A stretch of DNA of 64,000 bases from assembly GCF_036321535.1 (NCBI RefSeq), contig NC_087472.1:99264001-99328000 (forward strand), written 5' to 3'. Below the pieces are notes generated by a model. That model ran no database searches. It had not been told where the DNA came from and saw only the letters and a program-made list of their open reading frames with translations. This DNA is from Camelus dromedarius. Lineage: Eukaryota. Positions 23,836-36,959 of this stretch are shown piece after piece (position 1 is the stretch's first letter; the number at the start of each line of letters is the position of its first letter). The translations under genes were made by a program, and so were the position numbers.

Positions 23836-25344
23836 GCTAAGTTCCGATTCACAGACCAGCGCTGTCCAAATCTCTGTCAGGTTGTATAAACCTCTCATGA
23901 ATTTTAGTCATTGTTTGCCTCATCCCTCATGCCAGTACTCAGGGGAGTAGATTTTTAGATATTGAACTGACTGGAAAAAAAAATTAACAAGCTGACTAGT
24001 TCTCATTCTTCCTGCTGGCTGATGATACCCGGAATTTTAATCAAACGAACCAAATATAACTGTGTACCAAACATCGGTGCTCATGCATAGGCCCTGGCCA
24101 GGTGCTGTTTGTGCTGTCACTGGGTTTTTTATGTCACCATTTCCTGTGTGTAATCAGTAATCGACACCAAAGCTCTGACAAAATGACCATTTTTAGAGTT
24201 CCATTAGCTGTCTCCCTGGGCTTGACTGTAAATGTAACCTAAGTAGGATCTTGAGTACATCCATTTCTCATTGCAGTCATGTGTATCTTCCTGAAGTAAA
24301 GAGCTCTGGGAGGAGCTGAGTGGGTGGGTATTTTGGCTTGTTTTTCTGTTAAACGGTGACTTTGATGTTCTTTTACTATTACCTGAAATGTGTGTGCTAT
24401 TGCAGAAAGTATCCTTCTCAGGGGAAGAACATGGATACCGCTGGAGCTGAAGTACTGTTTTTGTTATGTGTACAAATGAGGAAAGAGGGTTATAAACGTG
24501 CTTCTTACCGAAAAGCTGCCTGGTAGTTTATTTGGTAGTACATCTAAGTATCCTAACCCCTAGTTAATCACTGCAGGCCATCACTTGCTTGTTTCATATA
24601 GAGCATAGAGTTTTCAAATTTGAGCCCTGGGAGAAAAATTTGTCTCTGGTATATATAAGAATTATAATTGCCACCAGAAGCAAGGTAGCTTGCCAAAGCC
24701 AAAACAAGATGTTTCTGAAGGTACTTTAATTAGAGTTTGTTTCACATTGCATCTTATTGTGAAATTGAAATTACCAACCATGGAAACTCTCTGTGGATGA
24801 GCTTTCTTTGTGTTTTGTTACATGCTTCCATAAAGGTTCTCGTATATTAGAATTGTAATTTTAAGAGAACTGTAAAGAAATATAAACTTGTATTATTAAT
24901 TTGGATGACCATGAGGGAAATTGACTAAATTAAAAAAACATTTTAAAGGTTTTGCTTATCATGGGTTTCTGATTAAACAAATGTTGAAGTCTATCGAAAA
25001 GCTACTCTAGTTAATTTACTAGATGGAAACTGCGCAGGGTTTGGGATTTCAAGCTAAACCCATCTCTCTGGACAAATAAGCTAATTTTGCATTACCTAGT
25101 GCATAGGATACGAGGTGGGAGAGAATGCAATGTAAAACCACATACCTCGTTTCTCTCTTACAAGACGCATTTACTTGAACACAGCGATTTTTAGTTTCAG
25201 CCACTGTGACCACCCTGGAAGTAGTAAGAACTTAGTGAATAAGGCTCTGGAAGAAATGAGTGCCTTGCAGCTGATATTGTCCAAAGCTCATTCTTACTTT
25301 AACATCAACAAAGTAATCCTCTACAGTCAATTGACCATGTTCTC

Positions 25345-25762
25345 AAAAATTGTGATTGTGATAAAGCGCATTGTTGGCTCTAATTTTTCACCCCTGCCTG
25401 CATCATACCTTTTGTCATGTGACTTTGGAGAGCCTTCACAGAAGCAGAGTGTGTATTGTACCCCCACTCCCGACCCATAACCTTGAGCGAGGCCACGTGA
25501 TGTCCTTGGGTCAAAGGAATGTGGGCAGGAGTGTTGGGCACCAGTCAAAGCCTCAGCCTTAAGAGGCTCGCATGTTTCTGCTTGCCCTCTCATGGCTCTG
25601 CCATCCCATGGGAAGAACGTGCCTGAGAATGAGCCCAACCAGAGCCCAGCCCAGATCAGCCAACCCCTAGGCAACTGAAGATTTATGAGCAATAATAAAT
25701 AATTGTTGTTTAAACCACCCACATTTGGGGTGGCTTGTGATGCAGCAGTAGTTAACTCACAT
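25345..25762 (+). mobile_element. MaLR solo LTR (MLT1-family)
   Basis: ccttttgtcatgtgacttt...ggccacgtgatgtccttgggtcaaaggaatgtggg...aataaataattgttgtttaaaccac...tttggggtggcttgtgatgcagca. Confidence 0.85.
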
Positions 25763-26169
25763 GATACCAGCCCCAGTTACTGATTTGAGCTTCTCTCGAT
25801 TTTGACCTATGAATATGTACAATGTAGAGCTGGTTGAGTTTCTGTAATAGGGGAGTTATTATCCAACTATTGTCTCAATGAAAGATTATTTTTCTATGAT
25901 GCACCAAAAAAAATTACTTATCATCTATCATTCTGGGCTCAGTGCTCTTGTGGGTGCTGGTACGCAAGGTGGAATACACAGAAATGGTTCCCCAAATCTC
26001 AGACATCGGTATATGCCCTGGAGTAACTGAAAAACTGCAACCACAACTACAAAGGCCAATCAAACTGGAGGCTGTAAAACTTTCTCTTTTCAGGGTTCAA
26101 TTTTCCATAGGTATTATAATAATTCAATTATCTAATATAATATTATCTAATTATCTAATATAAGTTCCC

Positions 26170-27310
26170 AAGGTATTATAATATCTTGGCCTTTGAACAC
26201 TGAATCCAATGTGGCAAGCACTCTCTCTTGCCTGATTCAGTAGAGGTTCAGGAAGCACCTCTTGTGCTGCATTTCTATAGAGGTGACTGGTTTAAGTGAG
26301 ATGTGTGGCCCGTGGAGGAATGGGAAATTCTCATAGGCCACAAGCCTCTCGGTATAGACAGATGGGTGAGAGATGCTGGCCTAGTGTGTAACCAGATGTT
26401 GGGCAGGGAGGAGAACTTGGAAGCACTCACCATTAGACTACACAGACAGAGATATGATCCCAGAGAACAGGGATCGGACCACTGGGCAGAGGTAGGGCAG
26501 CCAGAGCATGATAAAGAGGAGACCAAGAGGAGGAAAGAGAAGGGTAGAATGCCGAGCTGGAATCTGAGACAACAACTGAAATCTTTCTCAGAGGACCTTT
26601 ATGTTGGTGTGTTTGCTTGTTTGGATGTGTTGTAGGACCAAGAGGGATGTATCACCTTGTGGAGACTTTCGGCTGTGGTGTCTTGAGTGTTCTTTGTTCT
26701 GTAGTTCTCTTTCTCTGACATCAAGGACCAGGACTATTTGGGAAGAAGACTGTTCCTCTAGGTTGGAAGTGATGTCTTTCTCTGCCAATGAAGGCTCCAT
26801 GTTTGTCAAAGGACTCATGAATCCTTTGGGCGCATGGAAGTCTCATTCAGGGGACAGTTGGAAGTTGAGTTCTCTGAGAACAAGGGACATGGCTTGTCAG
26901 GTCCTTCTCCTGAGTCTTGGGACTTAGATCCTGGCCCCTAGGTTCTGTCATGTCACACCGAAGGAAGCCCTTGGACTCTCTGCCTCCTCCTCCTCAACCC
27001 ACGCAGGGTGTTCTGACCCATCCAGATATCAGCTGAGGATGACTCATCAGTGGGCTGCCTGTGAATCATGGCTTGGTCCTGATGTGGAAAGGCAGAGTGA
27101 ATGCAGTACTTGAAAATCAATGTGAATTGGGATTCATCTGAGATTTGTACTTAATATTAATGTAATTTGACTTGATGTTAACCCTCCTTTGAGTTTAATA
27201 AAATAATGATGGCAGGATATTCAAAGTCACTATGATGACTTCATTCCTGATTCAGAATCAGCCTGCATGTCCATCATCTTTGATATTGAACCTTAATATC
27301 AAAGTAACTG
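26170..27310 (+). mobile_element. Possible ancient long LTR-like element (family not assigned)
   Basis: About 1.1-kb segment with an AATAAA about 110 nt from its right end, followed by a palindrome-rich U5-like tail. General resemblance only. Confidence 0.3.
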
Positions 27311-27659
27311 CTGATCCCAAATAAGGACTGAGTTGACTGACTTAATGAGATTCCTTAATTGTTGATGCCAAACCAATGTCAAAATCAGTGCAATCGACCA
27401 TTTTCTTTTGGAGACAGGAGCAGCTCTTCCCAAGGGGTCAGCCTCTAGAACTGTTGCTAGTTTTGTTGTGTTGATAATTCTGATTCATCTCCCTTGTACT
27501 GCTGGTTTGTCAGCTACTCACCTGCTCCCCAACTGGTTCCATAAGTTATTCAAGATAACAAAATAATAGTTTTCTCCTGTGAACAACTAAGTAGCCAACT
27601 CTTTAAGTTGTTCTAGCTCTTTCCTTTCTGGATTATGTTCCTTCATGAGGATCTCAAGT

Positions 27660-27855
27660 CACATTAGTTATTTAATTTAATTCTCCCAACAACTCCCTAT
27701 TGCCATCCCTATTTCTCCTATGAGGAATTTGACTCTGCATTTCAGAGAGATCCAGGAACTGGACAACTGCGATACAGTTATAAGGTCATGGAGTCAGAAT
27801 TTGAAGCCAGGCAGACTGACTCCAAAGTCCTTGCTCTTAGCATTTATGCTACTGA
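27660..27855 (-). mobile_element. MIR SINE
   Basis: ttaattctcccaacaactcc...atgaggaatttgactc...agaatttgaagccaggcagactgactccaaagtccttgctctta. Confidence 0.8.
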
Positions 27856-29619
27856 CTTCACCAGATGCCTTAGTTTAAATTATCTAGTCCCATACTCTAG
27901 TCAACATTTGCAAGTGATGCCTAATAGAGAAATAATTTGAAGATACAGGCTTTCTTCCAGATACATTCTCAGAGGGTGTTTTAAAACACTCTTAAATTGA
28001 CTTGTTTTCCCCAAAATTGATCCTTATTGTCATTTACTACAACTTACATTGTATTTGTACGAAGTACACCTTATATCTTGGTGACTTGAGGTTCTCGTGT
28101 TAATACTACTTTTATTTTGGTAAATCGAGGTTCCTATAGTAATACTACAACTTTAAAAGTAGCATTTTCCTGTTTTACAAACAAGCTTGAACTTTTCCTT
28201 CCTAATCTGTCTGCCTTGGGTTATATCTAGTAACCATCAATTAACAGTAATGTCAATAAAACAAGCTTAGCTGTTTAGCTATTAGCAAGTGGGGGTAGGA
28301 GAAGCAGAGTGAAGAACATGATGCCAGGAAATACTTTAATGTAGGTGGAGCCCTGCCAACTCTTATTATTATAAGAAAACAAAGCAACTTTATTAACCCA
28401 ACAGACATTATACCTGGGCTTTCATATTTATTTTGTCTTATTTGTGAGCATGCAATAGAATTCTTTACACTCGGATTTTCCTCATTGTTGTCTGCTACTT
28501 GCTTCGTATAAAAGGAAGCTTATTTTAGTGGCAAGATATGTATGTCTTTCAATTTGTATTCATTCATTCTTCTCAAATATCTACAAAATTCTCTTATCTA
28601 TGGTGTTTGAGAAGCAAAAATGCTGCTGAAGCAGAACCAATCCAGCACCTTGCTTCCTTTGGTTAGGGCAGAATTTGTTGCAGAAGAAATTGTGTTTGCT
28701 TCTGAGCTGCCCCAGGAGCAACTAAATCCCCTGAAAGGATTATAAATAATGACAATTTTATGCATAAATTTGCTGCATTACTAGTATCTATTACCAGAAA
28801 AATCCAAACCAAACAAAAAGGAAGCTCCAAGCAATAACAGATTTTGTCATTGAGGTTGCAGATTGACTCTGAATAGCATACAAAATGCAGAAAACAGGAA
28901 CTCAGACTCATCGGGTCCCCTCCACTCTCCCCAGACCCTCTACACCCTCTCCCTTTACAGATTCTCACGGGCAGATTGACAGTATTTGGTGGCTATCTGA
29001 ACATCTAGAGAGGAAAAAAATACATCCAGTAAATATATGCAGCTTTCTCCTCAATTTTTCTCTGCAGGAAAAAATAAAATGCAGAAACATTTTTATATTG
29101 CCATGCTTTAAACATGCCCTTAATATCTTCATGTGCTATAAATTCAGATTTTGTATACCTCTCTCTTTAATGAAAAATCACAAACTAGGTCTCATCTAAG
29201 AAAAAAAATAAGAGAGATTAGTTGTTCTGTTTCAACAGTCTATTACAGAAATTGTCAATTGTACACACAATCGAGAGAATAGTACCTATAATGAACCCTC
29301 ATAAACCTATCACCCTACTTCAATTATCAACATTTTCACCATCTTGTTTCGTCTCTTCCCCCCTACTTTTTTCTTACTTTCCACCCCACTGCCCAGGTCT
29401 CCGATGCAGTATATTTAAAACAATTCCTAGACATATCATTTCATCAATAAATACTTCAGTATTTATCTCTAACTGGTAATGTTTGTTTGTTTGTTTGTTT
29501 GTTGTTACATAACCACTAAGGCATTATCACTCCTCATAAAATTAACCATAATCCCTTAATAGTGTTTTAAGGTTTACTTCATAGGCTAAATTTCTCCATT
29601 GTTGCACAGGAGAATTGAT

Positions 29620-30105
29620 TTGGTCCAGTGAGGATCTACATCAGTCCCATAAGGAAAGAGGACTCAGATTAGGAGAGTTCAAGGAGGGTTTATTTACGAA
29701 GGCACTGTGTGGTGTGGAAAAATCATGGAGAATCGTGTAGTAATCTTTGGCTAGCAACAGCAGGGCTGTTCCCACCGCTAGGTGTGAAGGAGTAAGGAGG
29801 ACAACGTCAAGGTTACTGAACCTGAATAGAAAGAGTCTGTAGAGAAGACCTTGAGAGGAATAGTGTGCTTCTGTGGAGAGAGCCAGCCAGCCCAGGTGAC
29901 CCCACAGAGAGGAGGCCAGGGGAATACATCCTCAGACTGCCCTCTTTTCCTGCTCTCATCTGCTGGGGCTTCCCATTGGCCCAACCCAACCGGAAGCCAG
30001 AGGGCAAGGGAGCCTAAAGGCACAGTCCATCCATATAGGTCAACTTCCCAGGCCAGAGGGAAGGGTAGAGAGAAAATCTGGAGGAGAAAAGAGATCACTG
30101 GCATA
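29620..30105. mobile_element. Ancient LTR element nested in L1
   Basis: Contains the recurrent old-LTR motif cccattggcccaacccaaccggaagccagagggcaagggagcc; it interrupts a colinear L1MC sequence. Confidence 0.65.
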
Positions 30106-30534
30106 GGATCCGACAAGTCCTACACATTGGATTTGTTGTTATGTTTCTTAAGGCACTTCAATTCTGTAACAGTCCCTACCTTCCTTTTATTTATTTATTG
30201 TAACATGCCGTTAATGGAGAAACTGAGTTTTTGGTCTTGTAGAATATCCCACATTGGGGATTGGGCTGATTGCCTCCCTTCGGTGATATTTAAGTTGTTC
30301 CTTTATCCTCTATATAATTTCTATATAACAATGGTTCACATATCTACAGGTGCATTGAAGTGTTATTTAAGATTTCTATCAGACTGCTATTTCTCATAAA
30401 CTAAGAGTTACATCTAGAAACTTGATTAGGTTTAGCTTCAATGATTTTTAGGCAAGAAGACTTCCTAGGTGGTGCTGGGAACATCCCATCACATCACTTC
30501 ATGAGGCATATAATGTCTGGCTTCCATCAACTTT

Positions 30535-30707
30535 CCACCTAACCTTGGCTACACATAAGAATCACCTGTGGAGATTTAAATAGTCACCATGCCAAGGCCA
30601 CACCCATAATCATTTAAATCAGAATCACTGGCGGTGTGACATGGGCTTTAGCATTCTTTAAAATCCTCTAAGTGATTCCAACGAGCATCCAAAGTTGACA
30701 ACCTCAG
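30535..30707. mobile_element. MER5-family hAT MITE
   Basis: aaccttggctacacataagaatcacctgtggag...aaatcagaatcact...gtgattccaac...caaagttgacaacc. Confidence 0.8.
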
Positions 30708-30959
30708 ACCTAATGATTTTAGCATTCATTGATTATCATTTTTTTCTAGATCTGTTATTTCATTTGAATTTTAAAATTGGTAATTTTCTAATTCTATCAT
30801 TCTTTCTTCATTTATTAGCTATGAGACAGTATCAAGCATACGCTTGTGCTCAATAAAGAGGTATTGGTTGATTTGATCTGTAGGTCATGTTTAATGACTT
30901 TTTCATCAAAAAGCTTTATGGAGTTTCTCTGTTAAACTTATTATTTCTAGTCATATTCT

Positions 30960-31193
30960 TTTATATATATATATATATTTGAAATATAGTCAGTTTACAA
31001 TGTTGTGTCAATTTCTGGTATACAGCATAATGCTTCAGTCATACATGAATATACATATATGACTGAAGCATTATACCTGAAGCATTATGCCATACACTAG
31101 AAATTGACACAACATTGTAAACTGACTATACTTCAATAAATAAATAAATATATATAAATAAATATATATATATATATGTGTATATATATATAT
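30960..31193. mobile_element. Head-to-head pair of young L1 3' termini forming a palindrome, flanked by (TA)n tails
   Basis: 30979-31037 is the reverse complement of 31078-31136 (54/59 identical by eye). The arms match the L1 3' ends at 2.23 kb and 50.34 kb. Confidence 0.9.
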
Positions 31194-32589
31194 CCCAAAA
31201 ATAGATTTAGGCATTGACAAATGGATTTAAGTAGGATTTTATTATTTGTATCAGATTGAGATTGAGTTTTACACATGATAGCTTTCTAGATCGGGTCTAA
31301 AATTAACATTTTCCTCAAAAATTTCTCCTTCTAAAAATCTCAATTCTATGTGTCTGTTATTTATTCTTCGTAATACGTTAGATTTTTCAGTCCCACACAC
31401 ACACTAGGACCACGTGATATAAAAACACAAGGTTTTTTTGAAGGAAAACTTACACCAGAGAAGTAGAGAGTACATGCATCCCCGAAGCTCTCATTACCCC
31501 GTAGAGAGGTGTGCTTCAGCTGGCCAGGCCAGGCGGGACAGACAGGGTTCTAAGAGAGAGCCCATCCCTCACTATAACCTACATATTTATTTTTTAAATG
31601 GGGAGTAGGGACCCCTCAAAAACTATGTAACAATAGAAGGCTGATGTTTGAGGAAGTGGCCTGGTTAGAAAGGGGGAGTCTGTGGAATGTAACAACTGGT
31701 GTCAGTTGAGTTAACTCAGATCTGCTGGGCCACCTCTTTGCTAAACTACCAAAGGGGTGGAGTGCCTTCCAGTTCTGTCTCTTTTTAATATCATACATAT
31801 AGAAAACAAAAATCATAAATATATAAGATATATATAAGTATACAGGATCGCAGGATATAAATATGTAAGGTTATACTCATGAGCTTCTTTCTAGGTTCCA
31901 GTCAGTTCAGTCAATGACGCCGCTGTTTTCCCCAGTTGACCACACTTGGAAATCCTTAGTCCTTTTTCAATTTCTTTGTCCTCCGAGATCCATTTGGTGG
32001 TTCATCTCTTATAATGCTTATTCATTTGTTGTGCATTCATTTAATTCATTTTATTCATCTGTTACCTCATTTACTTAATTATTCAGAAACATTTATGTAA
32101 TAGACTTTTCTTGAGGCATGATATGGATTCCCATTATGACCAAGGCATAGGACAAGTAGCTTTTAATCTAGAAGATGGAGTAAGGCAAACCTAACATCCA
32201 AAATATAAAAGGTAACTTCTCTGTCCTTTGCCTCCATCCTCCCCATCCTAGTTCAAGCAAGATTCTTCTCCCTATTTGGCTAGCCCTCCTGCTTTTGTTT
32301 TATTTTCCAAACCATGTTGCACACCTTTTTCAAATTACTTTCTCCAAAATACTGCTTTTCACTCTGTTCACAAACTAAATGGCTCCTTTTTTGCCTAATA
32401 AATGAAATACAAGTTTTTAAATTTAGTTTAGCATTCAAACCCCTTCCGGACCTGTTTATTACCAACTTCTACCTCTCTCTTAAATAGACCCCTTTGAACC
32501 CACCTGTCCTAGCTTCCCTTGAACAGCTAAAGTAATTATTAGAGGTACCTCTCATTTTTTCATCATCATGTCCTATCTTATATTTTAAA

Positions 32590-32735
32590 TAGCCTTTTCA
32601 TATGTTGGTATCTCACTTCCCCTACTAGAGCATAATTTCTTTGCGATCAGGAATTGTGTCTTATACTTCTTTGTTTCCTCAATACTTAGCAGTGCTTTGC
32701 AGACTGTAGGTGCTCAATAAAAGTGTGTTGATGAA
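32590..32735 (+). mobile_element. L2 3' end
   Basis: cccctactagagcataa...aggaattgtgtctta...gtaggtgctcaataaaagtgtgttgatgaa. Confidence 0.8.
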
Positions 32736-32994
32736 CATGAGAATATTGGGAAACTCTTGGAATATGGTAGTAGTTAAAGCATTAAATCAAGAATGATACG
32801 ATCTTTCAACCACATTTCAACTGATTCTTTTTCTTACATCACCAAGCTAGAGTATACTCAAGTCCTCCATATGAAAGATGGAGATTAATGATTTTCTGTG
32901 TGCCGGTAGTTGCCTCTTTCACTCTCTCCCTCCCTCCCTGCCCCTCCTCCCTCTCTCTCTCTCTCTTTCTCTCTCTCTCTGTCCCCCCTCCCTC

Positions 32995-33370
32995 CTTTCA
33001 CAGCCAGACTTCCTAAATGAATCGCCTACACTTACTGCCTCCGCTTTTTCACCTCCCATTCACTTCCTCAACCCACCACCATCTGGCTTCCTCCACCACT
33101 GTACCAAAAATCTCCTGGCAGAGGTCACCTAGCACCTCATAGATGCCAACTCAGATGGACAGTTTCCAGTTCTTTTTGAATCTCATCTCCATAGCATTTG
33201 ATGCTGTTTCCTCCTACCTCATTTGGGAAACTCTCCCTTACTTTGGGGTTTTAGACCACACTTTCCACAGTTTTCCAGTGCCTCTCTCTATTTCTTCTCT
33301 AGTTCCATCGTGGGCTTCTTTTCTTTCCAATCATCCTTTGAATGTTATTGTAGACCAGGTTTCACCCTTG
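32995..33370 (+). mobile_element. L2 internal fragment
   Basis: cacttcctcaacccaccaccatctggcttcc...gaggtcacc...gcatttgatgctgtt...gaaactctccc. Confidence 0.75.
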
Positions 33371-33372
33371 CA

Positions 33373-33730
33373 TGTCTCAATTTTGGTTCTCTCAGAAGCA
33401 GACCCTGAGACAAGGATTTACATGCAGATCATTTATTGGGGAGATGGTCTCAGAAGGGGAGTGGGGAAGTGAGACAGGTAAGGGAAGGAATCCAATAAAG
33501 AGTGTGACATCAAGCCACTTACCACTGTGGGCACATACCTCAGAACTATCCTGCTTGGGAGTGAGAGAGCTGAGGGATTTATCCACTAATCCCCTTAGTT
33601 GTTGGTTGAGGGCTCTATTGATTCTCTGGCACTCCTTGCCTGCCCTCAGGCAAAGGGTTGCAGGTACCAGAGTTGGAAGTCAGGCTGCTTCGCACAGGCT
33701 GTTAAGGGCTGAGGGATATGAGTGGGCCAC
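33373..33730 (-). mobile_element. ERVL-class solo LTR (LTR33/LTR16-like)
   Basis: cagaagcagaccctgagacaaggattta...tttattggggagatg...gggaagtgagacagg...ccaataaag. Confidence 0.85.
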
Positions 33731-34149
33731 CTTCTTTCCTCACCTTAACCATTATCCCTCGATTACTCTCATCAATGATAACAAAATTAACAATGATAAT
33801 AGCTAACATTTATATACTAGGTTGGGTGTTTTACTTATATTACCTCATTTGTTCCTTATAACAGCTCTGTGAGGTACCATTATCATCCCCATTTTACTGA
33901 GGAAGAAACTGAATCTCAGGGGCTAAATTGTCCAAGGTTCTAATGTCTCTGCACTTATTTACAACCCATAAAATTGCTCCAAACTCTAACTAGAATTTCC
34001 ATTTGCCAACTGGATGTCTTCATCAGGTTTCTACTGGCATCCCACGTGCAGCACATTCTAAATGATCCTATCAGAAAAATCTGATGAAACCTTGATATAT
34101 TATGATTCTTATATTTCCCTTTTGCCAGCTTTTTGGAGTTTTGCTTAAA

Positions 34150-36530
34150 GAATGATTTTTATCTTAAAATAATTTTTTTCTGAAAATGAGAGAAATGCAT
34201 ACTCATTATAGAGATTTTGGAAAATACGGGGAAGTATGAAGATTGCAATAAAATTCTCCATAGTTCTGCCACATAGTTGACACTCTTGTCATCTCCTTTT
34301 GCCCAATTGTCTGTATATTTTTAAGATGTTTGAGAATATACCCTGTGTGTGTACAAATTTGCATATTCCTTTTTTATATTATAAGCATTTCCTTATGCCA
34401 TTAAAAAATCCTTATAAACACATTTTAAAGGCTAAGTAACGTTCCTGACATATCGTTGTACCAAATTTGCTTAACTCTTCGCTTGTTATTGAACAGTTGT
34501 ATTGCTTCCTTTCTTTACTCCTATTACTGCTGCTGAAATCAGTATTTCCATACCCAGGTCTTTATCTGCATTTTGGATGATTTCCAGAAGAAAAATCATT
34601 TTTTTAAGGGCAATAGCATTTTTAGAGATCTAATGTCTCTTGCTTTCCAGAAAGGCTGTACCAATTCACACTCATACCAAGAGAATGCCAGGGTGTGGAC
34701 CACACCCTTGCTGGCAATGAGTAATTTTCATCCCTTTAGAAACTTGCTAAATCTGTAAGAGAAAATTACACTTATTGGTTTCACATCCATTACGTCAATT
34801 TCCAATGAGCTTAAATTTTTTTTTCACCTGTTTGCTGGCCACTTCTCTTTCCTTTATATAAACACCATGGGCCATTTTTTCTACTGGTCATTGTGGTATT
34901 TATTACTTTTACAAATTAGTGGTAAGTCTTGATTATATTCATGGGAAGAATTCCCATCTTGCCATGTGTCCTTTCAACGTTTTACGTAAAACAGTTTAAA
35001 TGACATAGCAGAGCCGCTCCCTTGCCATGGTCTGTTGAAAGTCAGCCCTCAACAGGAGGGTTTTTTAAAAAGAAAAAAAATAATTTATTTTCTGAAGTCA
35101 AATCTAACCTTCCTCTTTGAGATTATTCCTATTACGTTTGAGCTTTGAAAGTCTTTTCCCATCCAGAGATTAGGTAGATATTCACCTACATTTTCTTCTA
35201 GTATCTTATGGTTTGTATTTCTGCATTATATTTCTTTTAAATCCGGTAGAGCATTACATGAAACTGATTTCCCCACTCCCTCAAATGCCGTACCTGCTAG
35301 CCAACTGTTTATTTATTAGTTCTTGTCCCAGTTGTTATATGGTATCTCCTTTGCAATGGATCGCAATATTTCAATTATTGAAGCTTTGCAATAGGTTTTA
35401 ATATCTGCCATAGAAGGAGTACTATAATCCTCCCCCTCCCAGGATTTTCTCAGCTTTTCTCATCTCTTTATTATTCCATATGAAATTTTGAATCATTTTA
35501 TCAGGTTACAAAAAATTCCAATGTGTGTTTATTGTAATTACAACAAATTTAAATATTAGAGAAGAATGGATCTATTTAAAATATTTAGTGTTTCCACCCA
35601 TTAAGATAATGAAGGGCCTCTCAATTCATTAATCTCTTCTTTGATATTTCACAGGAACTCCCAAACTTTTCTTACTAAGTTTATGCTAGTATTTATGTTC
35701 TTCTTTCTATTTCAAGTGGATTCTTTTGTTTTATAATCTCTTCTGACTGGTTATTTCTGTTCTAGAGTAGATCTATTTATTTTTGTATGTTTGTTTATCC
35801 AGCCACTATGATGAAATCTCATTAATTATAACAATTTTTTAGTCGATTCTTTTGGGTTTCTTCCTTTCTTTCTTATCTACTTCTACTCCTTTTGTTTTTG
35901 TTGTTTGGGGGTTTTGCTGTTGTTTTGGTTTTCCAGAACTTCTAAAACAATGTTAAATAGTAATTCTTTTGGTGTATCACAATTTTAATCAGATATTTAC
36001 TGCTCTACTGTGATTAATATTATTATTAATGCTATGCTGGGTTTTCTTTATCTTTTTTTTAAGACTACTTGTTAAATCAGAGATGACTATTGAATTAACT
36101 CCCTTTTCAACATTTTTTAACAGCAATCATGCGATTTTTCTTGTTTGTCATCTTGATATGATGCATTATATTAATATATTTGCTAATATTATATTATCCT
36201 TATACCCCTGGGATAATGTTACTTGGTGAGTTATTTTTTTAATATTCTATTACATTTGATTTGCTACTATATTATTTTATTGCATTATATTCGTACTGAG
36301 ATTAGACTACAGTTTTTGTTTTTGAGGTCTTTTTGGTCAGGTTTTAGTATTCATTTAATGCAAACTTCACAAAATAAATTTGGTAATAAAAGTGAATGGG
36401 AAAGGTTTTTATCCTTTTTTTCTGGTCTTAAACAATTTATGTAGCATGGAAATTATGTGTTTCTTGCTGGATAGAGAGAACTCACCAGTAAAGCCATATG
36501 GCAAGGATAAAATTTTGTAATGATTATGAA
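34150..36530 (-). mobile_element. Highly decayed ancient L1 (L1ME-like)
   Basis: tttccagaaaggctgtaccaattcacactcatacca; tttttttcacctgtttgctggcca; ttccagaacttctaaaacaatgttaaatagta; agaactcaccagtaaagccatatgg. Confidence 0.7.
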
Positions 36531-36959
36531 TATAGATAACCTGAGTTGACAGGCAATTTAGGAATAAATCAATTATTAATAATTCACTGTACAACATTGA
36601 TATTGTGCTTTCTTCATTTCTAAAGTGCTCTTATATCTGTTACCTCCAGTCATTCATTCACCTGTTCCAAGAAACATTTATTGAATGCTTTCATGAGCTA
36701 GATGGAGTAGTTGCTGCTGCAGATAAAAGATGAATTGGCTGTGGTCCTTGATTTGGGGAATTCTTTAGCTAATTGAGACAGACATGTCAACCAATAAGTG
36801 TAATAAAATATGACAACTATTTTAATAGAAGTATGTTTACTTGCATTATCCTTGGTCCACTTACACTAACATCATTATGCTGTTTATACAGGTGAGGCAA
36901 CATTCCAGGTCAGTGAGTTCGTGTTTGAACACCTCCAGAGACCAATAATTCAGAATCTC

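Larger units (their letters stand above)
29230..30822 (-). mobile_element. Ancient L1MC-like 3' end split by nested LTR and MER5 insertions
   Basis: ataatgaaccctcat...attcctagacatatcatttcatc at 29.3-29.5 kb resumes at 30.11 kb (atccgacaagtcctacacattg...tagaatatcccacatt) and at 30.71 kb (ctaatgattttagcattcattg). Confidence 0.7.

Noticed and set aside
26100..26185. Repeat-spacer-like pattern (aggtattataat twice, attatctaat three times)
   Set aside because: It is AT-rich low-complexity slippage with no regular period. It is not an array or CRISPR-like structure, and this is mammalian DNA.
29851..30399. Longest ORF in the track (182 aa)
   Set aside because: It runs across an LTR/L1 junction and has no recognisable domain, so it is a chance open frame.
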